From assembly GCA_951406725.2 (NCBI GenBank), contig OX597816.1:81592001-81656000 (forward strand): a stretch of DNA of 64,000 nt, read 5' to 3'. Source of the DNA: Octopus vulgaris (lineage: Eukaryota). The position numbers were made by a program, and so were the translations under genes. Below the pieces are notes generated by a model. The model saw only the letters and a list, made by a program, of their open reading frames with translations, was not told the DNA's origin and ran no database searches. This document shows, in pieces, positions 1 to 12,034 of the stretch (position 1 is the first letter of the stretch; each line of letters starts with the position of its first letter).

Positions 1-1264
1 GCCTTTCAGACCTCAGATTGTGGCCATCTCAGAATCAACAAGTGACTTGCTCTTACTTCTGTAGGAGGGAGCAAACCTAAACTGTACCTTTTTTTTAATT
101 AGTTGTTACAACTCTCTTACTTTTCCATTTTGTCTCTATCGTTACTTCTTTCAAGAGCATCTTCTGTGCCCCTTGTAACAGATGAAATTATTGCTAGTCA
201 TTGGAAACACTGATGTACTACCTAACTGATCATCTAAATAACTAGCAGGTTCCAACCTCAGTTTATTTTCAGCATCTCAGTGACTATCCTTGATAGCCCT
301 GTTGTTTTCTCAGTTTTCATACACTCAATTGTTCTTTCAACATCTTTTCACCATCAACTTCAATAGCTAGTCCTTTTGTAGAGTCTATTCAGTTGGTCCT
401 TATTTCCCTCATATATTCTTCTCAACCTCTCGAGTAGCCTTTGTTAGGGTGATAGGTTAAGACTATCATCCAAGAAGGCTACAGCAAAATTTGAATTTAG
501 AATGCAGAGTTGAAACAAATACTGAAAAATTCTCATGATTCTATATCCTAGACTGGTATTTTATAGATCCCAGAAAGACGAAAAGTAAAGCTGACCTCAG
601 TAGGATTTCCTCATGAAACAAGGAGCCAGACTGCAAGGGAATTTTTTCAATGCTAAAATGATTCTGTCAGTAGCTATGACTTGGAGACATTAGACTACAG
701 TATTGAATTCCCCATTCTTAAAGTCACTGTAAGGACTTTTAGCATAACTATGGCAAGATATGACACCTTAACAACAGCTACATCCTCCCCCTACTAAGTG
801 TCATAAAGATAGTTTCAAGCTAACCCTCTCTGCCTTGTACCATGAGACAGCCTCTTCACTAGCCATCATCCCGCCCATCTTTAAGGACTGCATGTTATTT
901 GAAAGATAATAATAATAATAATAATAAAAAAAAACAGCCACTTCAACATCAAGCTGATATATCACAAAAGGAGAAAATTAACATACATTCAGATTAATAA
1001 CAATTCTAGTAATTGTGGTATGATCAAACACCAATGCTACACAATCACCACAGTTGTTTCTAGGAGGGCATGCAGCCATTAAAAGCTCCTGCTAAAATAT
1101 CCACCAAACACACATCAACATACACAACATAAACACATACGCAACTGACTTTTTTTTACTTATAATTATGACAATGCATCTTACATAACTGAATTGTTTT
1201 TAGCACATGCACTGCAAGCTACATACATAAAATTATTGGCTAAAACTTTAATGTCAAAATTTTT

Positions 1265-1616
1265 GTGTGGTAAGTAGCTTGCTTACGAACCACATGGCTC
1301 TGGGTTCAGTCCCACTGCATGGCACCTTGGGCAAGTATCTTCTACTATAGCCTCGGGCTGACCAAAGCCTTGTGAGTAGACGGAAACTGAAAGAAGCCCA
1401 TCATATATATGTATGTGTGTGTGTGTGTCCCCAACATCGCTTGACAACCGATGCTGGTATGCTTACGTCCCCTTAACTTAGCAGTTCAGCAAAAGAGACT
1501 GATAGAATAAGTACTAGGCTTACAAAGAATAAGTCCTGGGGTCGATTTGCTTGACTAAAGGCGATGCTCCAGCATGGCCAGTCAAATGACTGAAACAAGT
1601 AATGGAGTAAAAGAGT
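1265..1616 (+). mobile_element. tRNA-derived CORE-like SINE
   Basis: A/B-box head (tgtggtaagt…gggttcagtccc), CORE-like ggcaccttgggcaagt, central (TG)n and tail gaaacaagtaa. Confidence 0.85.
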
Positions 1617-1964
1617 ATATCATAAACATAAATTTGAAGCAGAGAAAGAGCCCACATCTCTTGCTTGGTAGTCACAAAGAAACAGTAGATATGCAATTCA
1701 GATCATGTCATTGGTCCTTCCAATGTTTAATACCCAATATAAATTGCTTAACTAGATCCATGACAATGAGGAATTTGAAGATGACAAAGGCTATTTGGGA
1801 TTCTAATTAAAAGTAAAATCAGGTGCAAAATTTCACATTTCTAAATAAAAAAAAAAATATTAGTTATCTCTAGAGCAAAGGCCTGCTGAAGTAGAGTTGA
1901 CAGTGACTTCCAAGGGAATAAAAACAAGTGTTTTACAACTGAACTAAAATGATACTTCATTAAT

Positions 1965-2184
1965 TTAACCCTTTAGTATTTAAACCGGCCATATCCGGCC
2001 AAAATAGTTAATCTGTTTTATATTCAAACTGACCAGATCCAGGCTCTCACACTCACCCTACAATGTTATTAAGTAATTACACCATCAACATCTTGAAGAT
2101 ATGAGATAATGCATGATTAATTCAAATCAATGTGAATCAATAAGCATTATGTTTGATAGAATAATCTGATCACTAAAGGGTTAA
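1965..2184 (+). mobile_element. piggyBac-type MITE (TTAA TSD, CCCTTTAG TIR)
   Basis: ttaa-ccctttagt…actaaaggg-ttaa. Confidence 0.88.
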
Positions 2185-3394
2185 GGCAATATTTTAGTGA
2201 AAGTCTGGTTATTCATGAGATAAGTTATTAATCAGAAATCAAGTCTGTTGCCAAGAACATATAGTTAATGATGTCTATGCAATAAAAAAATTCAATAATG
2301 ATTGAAATAATAATAATAATGAAGATGGTTGAACATACACAAGAATAGGACATACTGAAAAACTGAATGATTATGTGGCCATAGTTTGCAGAATGTTGGA
2401 TATTTAGTAGAATTTGAAAAAAATATCCACAATTTTGGTTTACTGATAACTGGAAAACAATAAATTTTTATATAAAACTGATGGAATCTTTACCTATTGT
2501 GAACATTACCTTAGTCTCAATTGGATTGATTTGTAAAGGTTTAATAACTGTCTACATTGAACAAAATGATATTTTAACCTTCTCACAAGCCCTTTGATAA
2601 AATGACATCAAAGGAAAACAACAACAAAAAAAAGATAGAAACTAGTGTGAAGCATCTAATAATTTTTCCACAGCATGAATACATGAATTAAATATCAATA
2701 ATCATGGATTTATTAACTAATTTTCTATTTAATCTTGCTAGTAAACCTCTTACTTCTTTCCCACCTCAAATTCAATTGTCTGACCAGACCAATGTCAGAA
2801 TATAAAAAGAGATACTTCAATATTGTGAGATCATCCTTACCTATGGGTTATCTCGTCACATAGTGATGCCTTTGCTTCTATTCTCAAAATCCAGACTGCT
2901 GTTTACCTAAAATTAGGTATCATTCCTATATCATGATTAAGGTATTAAAGCTACAAGGACACTATAATTATTTTTCATTATTAAAACTAACAGTTAGTAG
3001 AAGTGCAAAAAGCAAAACAGTTATAAGGTTTCAGGCGCTGGATTACTGCTCATATGCGAATAGATTTTAAACCTTGCTCTTTAGCAAGGTAGCTAACTCC
3101 GTTTGCCTAGTTGAACAAAAGCTTCCACATCGCTACAAACGTGGAACCGTTACACAGGTTGCTGTAGAAAAAGTATTAAAATAAATTGGGTATCAATTTC
3201 TTCAGTGAAGATAGCCAAGAAAGTTTACATGTGGACTGATTATTTATTGTATCTAGTCTTACTGCACTATTTTGAGTTCAACTTTCTGAAATGCCAACTC
3301 TGATTTTCAATCTCCAAGTATCAGTAAGACACTGGTGTCAACTAATACTAACTATTAAATATTATCACCCCTTTCAAAAGGGGTCATATGATCA

Positions 3395-3608
3395 TTAACC
3401 CTTTTGATACCAACCTGCCTGAGAATGCTCCGAGTTTTATGATACGAAGTTTCAATTTTAAAGTGATTTAAATTAAAATCTCCCATCAAAACCTTATGTT
3501 ATGTTCTAAACACCAGCTTAAAAGTGATAGGTATTTTAATAAATTCTTCTTTTAAAATTAAAACAAAGGTAGTGTATTTCAATATAAATATGGTAATGAA
3601 AGGGTTAA
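3395..3608. mobile_element. Second piggyBac-type MITE family
   Basis: ttaa-cccttttgatacc…ggtaatgaaaggg-ttaa, with a different body. Confidence 0.75.
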
Positions 3609-3664
3609 AAAAGAAATCAATGCTGTACATTGTGGAAGAACATCAAACTTTTAATACAAGTTTT

Positions 3665-3670
3665 TTTATT
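3665..3670 (-). terminator. Candidate SF3B6 polyadenylation signal AATAAA
   Basis: First canonical minus-strand AATAAA I noticed downstream of the stop codon, about 900 nt away. The background is AT-rich, so this is weak evidence. Confidence 0.3.
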
Positions 3671-4567
3671 CAAAGGTTAACTTTTACTTTCATACCTCGT
3701 TTGATAAAATAAACACCAGTAGGTTAGATGCTAGTATGGATTGGAAGGGTTTACCATACAACATATCATTACTCATCTTATTCTTTCATAATCAATTGAT
3801 CCTATACTCCTACAAATGCACTATACCATTGGTTTATCTACTAAAAGTATTGTGTACAACAAAAACTTCAAATATCTGTATAGTTTTGTGTTCAACTTTC
3901 CAGTTCATAGCATCCATCAAAAAATGACTTATTGATTTCAGAGAAGACAGAAAATAATAGTCGTGAGGTTATTGGTTTTATGAATATGAAAGGATGTACA
4001 ATTATTAGCATGATAATTTATGCAAGAATTTCCATGTGTCAGCACAAACTTGCATGGAAAAGTATAGATGAGTATATACTTTTAAATAATTAAAGACAAA
4101 TTGTAATGATAAATACCAACATGAACAGTTCAACAAATATTATTTTTATGAAATCTGCCTTTTATACCAAATACATATCCTATTAAATATAGGCGTGAAC
4201 ATTGAAATGTGTTTGGATGTCAAATAAAGAGAAAGAAAAAGTAGGTGCTCTGAAGCGTCTTTTTTTTTCTTCTTTCTCTTTATCTTCCCATTACATATAT
4301 TTCTGTTCCCATGTAAAAAAATGTAAAAAAAAATAAAATGAATTAGATGAAATTTAAAAATGGAAACCCAAATAGTTTCAAAGATATACTACATCCCATA
4401 CTGAAACAAAATTTGAGGTCAAAGATATGGTTTGTGTATATGAAGTTAAAGTCTCAAATTTAAGATGACAAGTAAAATAGCAGATGGGAGATGATGTTTT
4501 TTCAGTAGGATATTCACTTCACATTTTTTTTTTGTAATATCTGGTCCATATTTTGTGTATAGAAAAA

Positions 4568-4660
4568 TCATTTCTTGTTCTCTGGTGTGCTTAATCCATA
4601 TTTTGTTTTTATTTTATCAATATCATCTTTCTTTTTGTCCTGGTCAATTCGTTTAAAAGC
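4568..4660 (-). CDS. SF3B6: SF3B6 coding exon 4 (C-terminus and stop)
   Basis: tttttttcag|GCTTTTAAA... translates AFKRIDQDKKKDDIDKIKTKYGLSTPENKK*. Total CDS is 24+119+139+93 = 375 nt, or 124 aa. Confidence 0.95.
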   Translation of the reverse strand, partial: AFKRIDQDKKKDDIDKIKTKYGLSTPENKK

Positions 4661-7382
4661 CTGAAAAAAAAATGTAGAGAATGATAAAATTTATGTAAAA
4701 ATTTGAGAAAATATATTTTAAAGAAGACAAACAGAGAAACATTTTTTTTTTAAATGAAATTAACTTGGTGTTATTTTTAGATAATTTGCTTCTTAAAAAT
4801 TAGTCTTCTGGTTTACACTGATGAAACATACAAAGCAGTACAAGTCTGAAGTTTATTAAAGATAGGCAACTTGAAAAGAAGAGTATTTTATAAAGAGTTA
4901 AAACACAATGGGTAAAGACTCAGAGATACATATATACATACACAAGCATAAATATGTGTATATATTTATGTGTATTTTGCATGCATTTTACTTGTATGTA
5001 TACAAGCCAACATGGCTGGACACCATACTTGATAAGAGAAACTTTAAATAAACAAAACAAGCTTTTCCTATCTTCTAAAGAAACCATTCATAACTCAAAT
5101 TACCAAATATGTCTACAAAACCAGTACACTACATACCAGTATGGGCTGGATGACTTAGCTGTACAGCATATCTTTCATCATTTCAGTCTTTCATAATCTC
5201 TTAGGAGGCTCAGTGCTCTGAAGTCTGATCTTCTCCTTTAATTTTTTAATACAGGTACCCTCTACTGAGAGAACTCGGAGTCCATACTAGTTAGATTCTC
5301 TCTCATGTACACTGCTGATGCCTTTAAAGTCTAACCATTTTTTTCAGTCTGTACTCAACCTTTCATGCAAATTAACTTAAGCATTCAATGGATTATGGTT
5401 GCCTAGTCTGCACAGGTCTTTCACATGCAGAATCACACTCTTATGTATACATCATTGCGAGAAATCTTTTGCTAACATAAGAAGCAACAGATATCTGGGC
5501 ACTGTCCATCCCTTAACTGATCTGGTAATTATGCTTTCATTACAGCCACGACCAGTACTAATTAGCTCAGGTAGGTAAGAAAGTCTAGTGAACCAACATA
5601 ACACATGGTGAGTGTCTGGTTCTCTATACAATATATCTATTAACCTAGATCTTATAGTTGAAAATGGTGTGCTATGCCAGTAATTTTCAGAGTAATATCT
5701 TCATGCGCAACTAGATTTACTGAGTAAATTTAGTTGTGCAAATATAAACTTGCCTATCAGAAAGGAAAAGGAAGCGGAGTAGTCATGACTGTGTTGAAAT
5801 ACTGATCAAGATTAAGACATCAGATACATAACAGAGTTATGCCCCTTAATCTAAGCACATTTCCAATTTCTTTCTCGGTAGTAGAGGCATGAAGGCATGT
5901 AGATTAGTGGTATGGGCTCCAGATCGTACTGGTCGTGAATTCGATACTTAACGGCGCATTGTGTGGTTGAGCAAAACACTTTATTTCACGTTGTTCCTGT
6001 TGATTTAGCTGGCAAAAATGAATAGTACCTGAATTTCATAGGTCTAGGCTTGTCACATTCTGTTTATGCTGAATCTCCCTGATAACTATGTTGAGGTTTA
6101 AGACACTCATTGTAAGCAACAGACAGCCAGTTAGTAATAAAGCTGGAGTGTTGTAAGTTGGTATTTAGATTCACTGTCCTACTAGCTGATATCAGACTAA
6201 GGAAGGACAGCAGAGCAGTGGTTTACAACATAAGGAATCAGAGAATGCTTTGCCATGAATACCACAAACATATGAGATCAAATCTTAGGTGAATAGTAAA
6301 ACAAAGTAGTTGTTGCATAGTCAGTGGTGACAGCTGCACTTCATTTGGAGTGGACAACAGAAAGGAAAAGCATACTATAATGTAAGCCAAAAGCAATTGA
6401 AATATTTATTAATAACATCAATGGTACTTGACACTGTTTGATGGAACATTGTTATTGTTTGAATCATTGTGATTTTTTTTTGTTGACAGTTGAAGGAAAT
6501 GTCTCATATTACAAACTTTAAGTAACATAAACTTTCATATTCATCTTTGACCTACTTTTTAACTTCCAGAAGTGATAGTTCACAATAAGATGTTAGATTG
6601 GCAAAGCAAAGTCATTGGAGCACTGGATAAACTGCCGAGCAGCATATGTTCCAACACTTTCTTCTCTGGCAGAAAATTCTACCAAGATCAACTCTGTCTT
6701 TCTTGAGGCAGTGGGAGCTGTTACAGTGTCAAAGAAGATGCTTTCCAATATCTGCATCAGCTCTTGGTATTTTCAGACAACAACACTGATGCCAAGCTCT
6801 GTTGGCTTTGGCCTTGCAGAAAGGTCCCCCTTGGATAAAACTGGTATAGTGGAGATGGAAAACTTGCATGCATGAGTAACTGCTGGGCTTCTAACATAAA
6901 AGAAAAATGTTCAGGCTTGTGCTTATAGGTATCAATACATCATCAACCCAGATGGAGAGACCTAACCAAGGTAAAGTCAGCACTTTCACTAGATCTAATA
7001 TTGAATTTGACAAGATCCTTATCAATTTAGGAGATTTCTCCTCCATCATGATATGGCTTTATTGTTGTGATTCAAAAAAGGGTAGCCAGTGGTATATCAA
7101 AATTAATCTTTCAGAATATAAAATGCTACCAGCTGTAAATTTCATATTCTTGCAATTTGATAATCAATATTATTTTTTTTTGTGGAAAATGAACAATTAG
7201 AAATCATAAAAAAAAAAAGTGAAGTCCAACATACATATTTCTTTTGCTGGTAATTATATTCATAGTGAGACAACCAGAGGATATTACAATGACTATAGTC
7301 AATAGTTAAGCTTAACCTTGTAGCCATTTTGCTTCATTATGTTAGAAAATGAAAAAAAAAAAAAAAAACAATGAATTCTCAC

Positions 7383-7521
7383 CTTCACTGCTTGATAATA
7401 TAGTACCACAAGGTACCTGTTGCATACATTGAAACCAGATAAATGATCACAAGCATTCTTTGCATCAAATATATCTTCATATACTACATATGCAGTTCCT
7501 CGGGTTTCAGCTGTGTTACCA
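7383..7521 (-). CDS. SF3B6: SF3B6 coding exon 3 (RRM C-half)
   Basis: ttttccag|TGGTAAC...GTGAAG|gtgaga, 139 nt. Translates (L)[46 protein letters not shown]. Phase is compatible with exon 2. Confidence 0.97.
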
Positions 7522-10500
7522 CTGGAAAATAAAATGGTTAAATTTTTAAAGACAGTTTTGATGTTTCAATATTTGCATGCTGAACTAAAACCAGTAAATT
7601 TTAGACTATGAAAGGTGGTATTCCTTCACTCTCTCTCTCTCTCTTCCTTATTAGATATAAATCATAGTTTATATCTAAATAAATTAGATATATTTTATTA
7701 TATTTAATGATATGTCAAACAGATGTCAGTCACTACTTCATATTACCATTTTAGAATCTTTTGCTGAATCAATCTGCATGTCATTTTTATGAATCAATAG
7801 AGTGGCTCATTAAACTAGTGAAGGGATTTGTTTGCATTGCTCAAGAATTACACTAACAATATAGCCAAAGTTAAACCTATTGGTTTCACTTATTGGATGG
7901 CAGCCATTGAAGGATTTTACCTTCAGGGACTTTAGTCAGTCATATTGATACTAGTTCCTTTCTATCCATCATTATTTATCAAACTGCTACATTACAAGAC
8001 ATAACACCAATTGTTTTTAGACTGATGTAAACATAAACTGGGACACATGCATGCACACACACAAAACAGGTATCTGAACAGTTTCCATCTAGAAAATTTA
8101 AATAAAAAAGTATTGGGTCAACTAAGACTAGGGAAAACAACTGATCAGGGTTCTTCTCCAACTTTACACTAACCAGCAAACTGTATCGTCTCTGTGTCAC
8201 ATCTGATGCAGCTATTGTGCCCATCATCTCTGTGTCACATCTGAGCTCATTGTACACTTTCCTGACTTTGTATACCTATTTCTCCTTTTACTACCATCTC
8301 TGTTGTCCCAACACATCTCCAGACCTGCATCCTCTCAGCAACTTATGTTTAACGTTTAACTAACCAACCTCATTTAGTTATCTCCTAGTCTATGTATATA
8401 AATGAATAGACATTTACTTAAGTTATTTCTTCTAATTCCGATCAATATTCCAAAGTATATTTATGTTTACCAAAACCTATTTCTAGTATCACCCAGCTTA
8501 ATCTCAGACATTTCAATATCCATAAATTCAAGTGTGGTGGATGACAGAATCAGTAACATCAGACTCACAGCATTCAGTTATGCCCTTAGTACAAATTCTG
8601 CTGGGGTTGACTACTTTTCGTTCTTCCAGGACTAATAAAATAGTAATATATTGGCAGTCAATTCAGACCTTTATATCGTCCTTACAAGTGTGTGTCCTTA
8701 TGCCAATGTATGAAGTAAATATATGTAAATTCAGAAAAATAACACCCAAAATGATATTCCTTTGCAGAATTATTAAAATCATTTTTGTTGCTGCTGCTGA
8801 TGATGATATAGTATGAGAGTCTTGTAAAAAATCTACTTGTTAGTTGGATCTATGAAAGATAGCTAGATGCTTATTGGCAAACTAAGTAAATGAAAGATAA
8901 ATTGTAACTCTGGATGAATAGCTTGTCCATCGCAAGTTGTTGAAGTAAACAGAATGAAGTACCTAGTAGAACATTTAAACAACATGCTAAATGTGTGTAT
9001 TAAGTCAATTAGTCAAAGAGACTGAGATTTAAGTAGTTGAAAAAAAAATAAATAAAATTCATTGACTTTTGGATGGTAAAAACTATTCCACTATGGAAAT
9101 TTCAGTGAAATGAACCATTGTAAATTGTCTTCAATATTCTCAAGCATACATGCACTGACTTAATGAATTTTCACTCAAGTTTTACAATAGAGGATTCTGT
9201 ATGCAAATTTTGACAGTTCATGAGCAAAATCGATAGAATCATTGTTATAAAACAATATTCCATAGGATATCAGGTTAACATAGGTAAATAACAACTAAAA
9301 CGATTTATTACAGCTGCTGCAGAGAACAATCATAGTAATGATTATTTACTTATGGAAAATTAGAAATCCTTTTCTACAATAGAGGTATATTTAACAGTAA
9401 AGAAAGAAAACTATATACCAATGCACAGTAATTTCAGTTGCTGCAATTCTAAATAATATAAGCAAAACTGAGAGAAAAGATAAGATAAAAAAGGGCTTGA
9501 TAAAGTTTGAGAGAACTGACATAAATTAGTAACAAGAAGATAGATGACAAAAACATCAGTGATACAATTAATATTATTTGATTAATGTTTAAACTGTGGT
9601 TCACTTACATTCTTTTTGGGCCTATTGTTTTAGAATTAGCAAATGAAGATTTGTTCCTTGAAGACTGAATTGGCACACCTAAATTTAACTTTACTACATA
9701 TTTAAAGTACTTTCAGTCACATCTGCCACACTGTAGAACACAACTACAATGTCATCAGGACACTATCTATCCCATCTAATCCAAAACAACACAAAACAAA
9801 TATATAAACAAAATAGCTGTCTGCATCAATCACTCCACTAATCCTAATCCCTGTACTGGGATGTAAAACACTTAAAATAGGTGCTAAAGAGAAACCACTG
9901 TAACTCCTCGACCAAGCTCATCTCACCGCTCTCTGTTGTGGCTACCAGATCTATACAACTGATTCAACAGTAGCAGAAATGCAACACGTCCATGCTGTTA
10001 CAATGTCATCTGTACTATAAACTACTATAAATTTCAGTGCAAACGTGGACTTCAGCTAGATGAAGACATAGTACATCTGGAATGCTAGTTCCATTGGTCA
10101 CACCCATACATTTAACTAATTAGCTACACGCTAAAGAGGGATAATTGAGGCTATATAACAAAAACAGTATTTTGTCAAAAAAGCATTTCCAACCACCAAG
10201 GAAATCAGTCAATGATACCAATCTGTAACATAAGACATGCTATCAAAACTAAGACTAGCTGTTTATGTTTTCGTGTATTTTCACCAAGTCAACTGGTTAC
10301 ATTGATGCACACCACCCAACCCTCAATTTACAAGACATACAATGCAATAGACATAGAGTATGTGTCCTGAACTACAGGGATAACTGTTTGAAGTTCTCAT
10401 CTATACAACATCTTGGTACTTTTAAATATATAAGTAACAGTAAAGAAGAAATCTAGTGGACATTACATAATAGGGACTAAATAAAAAAAATCTCAGAAAT

Positions 10501-11715
10501 AAAACTGTTTCTACCAGATCATCTTTCATAGAGCCATAAAATCTTATTTGGTTAGTGAAGAAAAAGTCAAATGAGTGTCTGTAAAATTTGGAAATTCTAA
10601 TGCATTATATTATGATTTATATTAATCAGAACTGATTCATCATCATTTAACGTCCACTTTCCATGCTGGCATGGGTTGGACGGTTTGACTGATAACTAGT
10701 AAGCCAGGGTGGGTGGGCTGCACCAGGTTCCAAGTTTACCTCTTTTGTTCTCATTACTTTTAAAACTTTCGCTTCCTCCTCCATATTATGCAGAATGGCT
10801 GCCACCAGCCAATCTCAGAGTACCTCAATCTCCAGGGGTACTCTGCCAATCCTTACCCTGGCCACTCGTTTGCCACAGTAAGTCAGCAGAAGTACCCACT
10901 CTGGTGTCCTTAGTGCCTCGCTTCTTGTTCGCTCACAAACCTTACCTCCACTGTGCTGTAATTTTTCCCTCTGGTATAGAAAGTTGTGAGGCTTTTTACC
11001 TCTATGGCTTCCACAGTAGCTATTTCAATTCTTTTTGTTGCTGTGGACAGCATTCTATATACCACTTCCACTTCATCACACTAGCTGTCAAATCTTGTGG
11101 CTAGATCAACCTCAAACTGGTTCCCTCCTTTTCAATAAGCCTGTTAAACTCCTTCAGCTTCTTTTTCTCCATCTTCACCTCTCAAACCTGTAGTACATCC
11201 ACAGTTAAACTTCTTTCAGTGGCTGATGCATAGCTGCCAGCTGGGACTGGTTCACTTTCCAACCTTCCTTTTTTCCCTACTTCACCCATAAATGGGGAAG
11301 AAAACAATTATTAATTCACAGGCAATAAAAAACAGCAACTAACAATGAGCTTCGACAATTAGGTTCACCCTTACAGGAGACCTTCAACAAATAATTAACA
11401 ATGCGACTCACGTCTAACAGTGATCAAAAATGATTAAACCGAACACCAAAAAAAACAGCGGCGACTATTCACTGTTCAACTACTGACTGATAAACCAACA
11501 CACATTGAACTAACACAGTAAACCAACACGGTCAAACTAACACCATCAACTACTCCCTTGACAGTTAACTCAGTCCTTATTTATTGTAATTAGTCCACCT
11601 TCGGTCATGTGGAGGTGTTCAGGATTCTACCATAACACATACTGAGATCATTGCTTTTCTTACTAATAAAAAACAAATTGCTTAAGAAAGGATTCTGACG
11701 AAGACAAGTACTTAC

Positions 11716-11834
11716 AGTCTAATTTGTCGTATGGCTCCATATTTTCCAAATATATCATACATTTCTTCAGTTGTGATTTTGTAGGGTAAATTTCGAATAT
11801 ATAATATCCGATTCACCTCCGGCGGCAGCCGCAC
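11716..11834 (-). CDS. SF3B6: SF3B6 coding exon 2 (RRM N-half)
   Basis: ttttccag|GTGCGGCTG...AGACT|gtaagt, 119 nt. Translates [39 protein letters not shown], nearly identical to SF3b p14. Confidence 0.97.
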
Positions 11835-12034
11835 CTGGAAAAGTTTTCAAAAGTTAACACACATAAAACACATTTAAAAAAAAAAAAATCATAATTGTAA
11901 CAAAGTTAGCTGTTACAGCTAAATTGGTTTTAATCAACATCTCCAAGGTATCTAACATGATACCTGCACTGAGGCTAAATATACTATCATTTGCTTCAGG
12001 TGAATGCTTAGAAGTATCACAGTCCTTTATATTA

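Noticed and set aside
3025-3170. Telomerase RNA CR4/5 plus H/ACA domain
   Set aside because: No CUAACCCU template nearby on either strand, no clean P6.1, and the H-box geometry does not fit.
8189-8245. 18-bp direct repeat tctctgtgtcacatctga
   Set aside because: A simple local duplication with no further structure.
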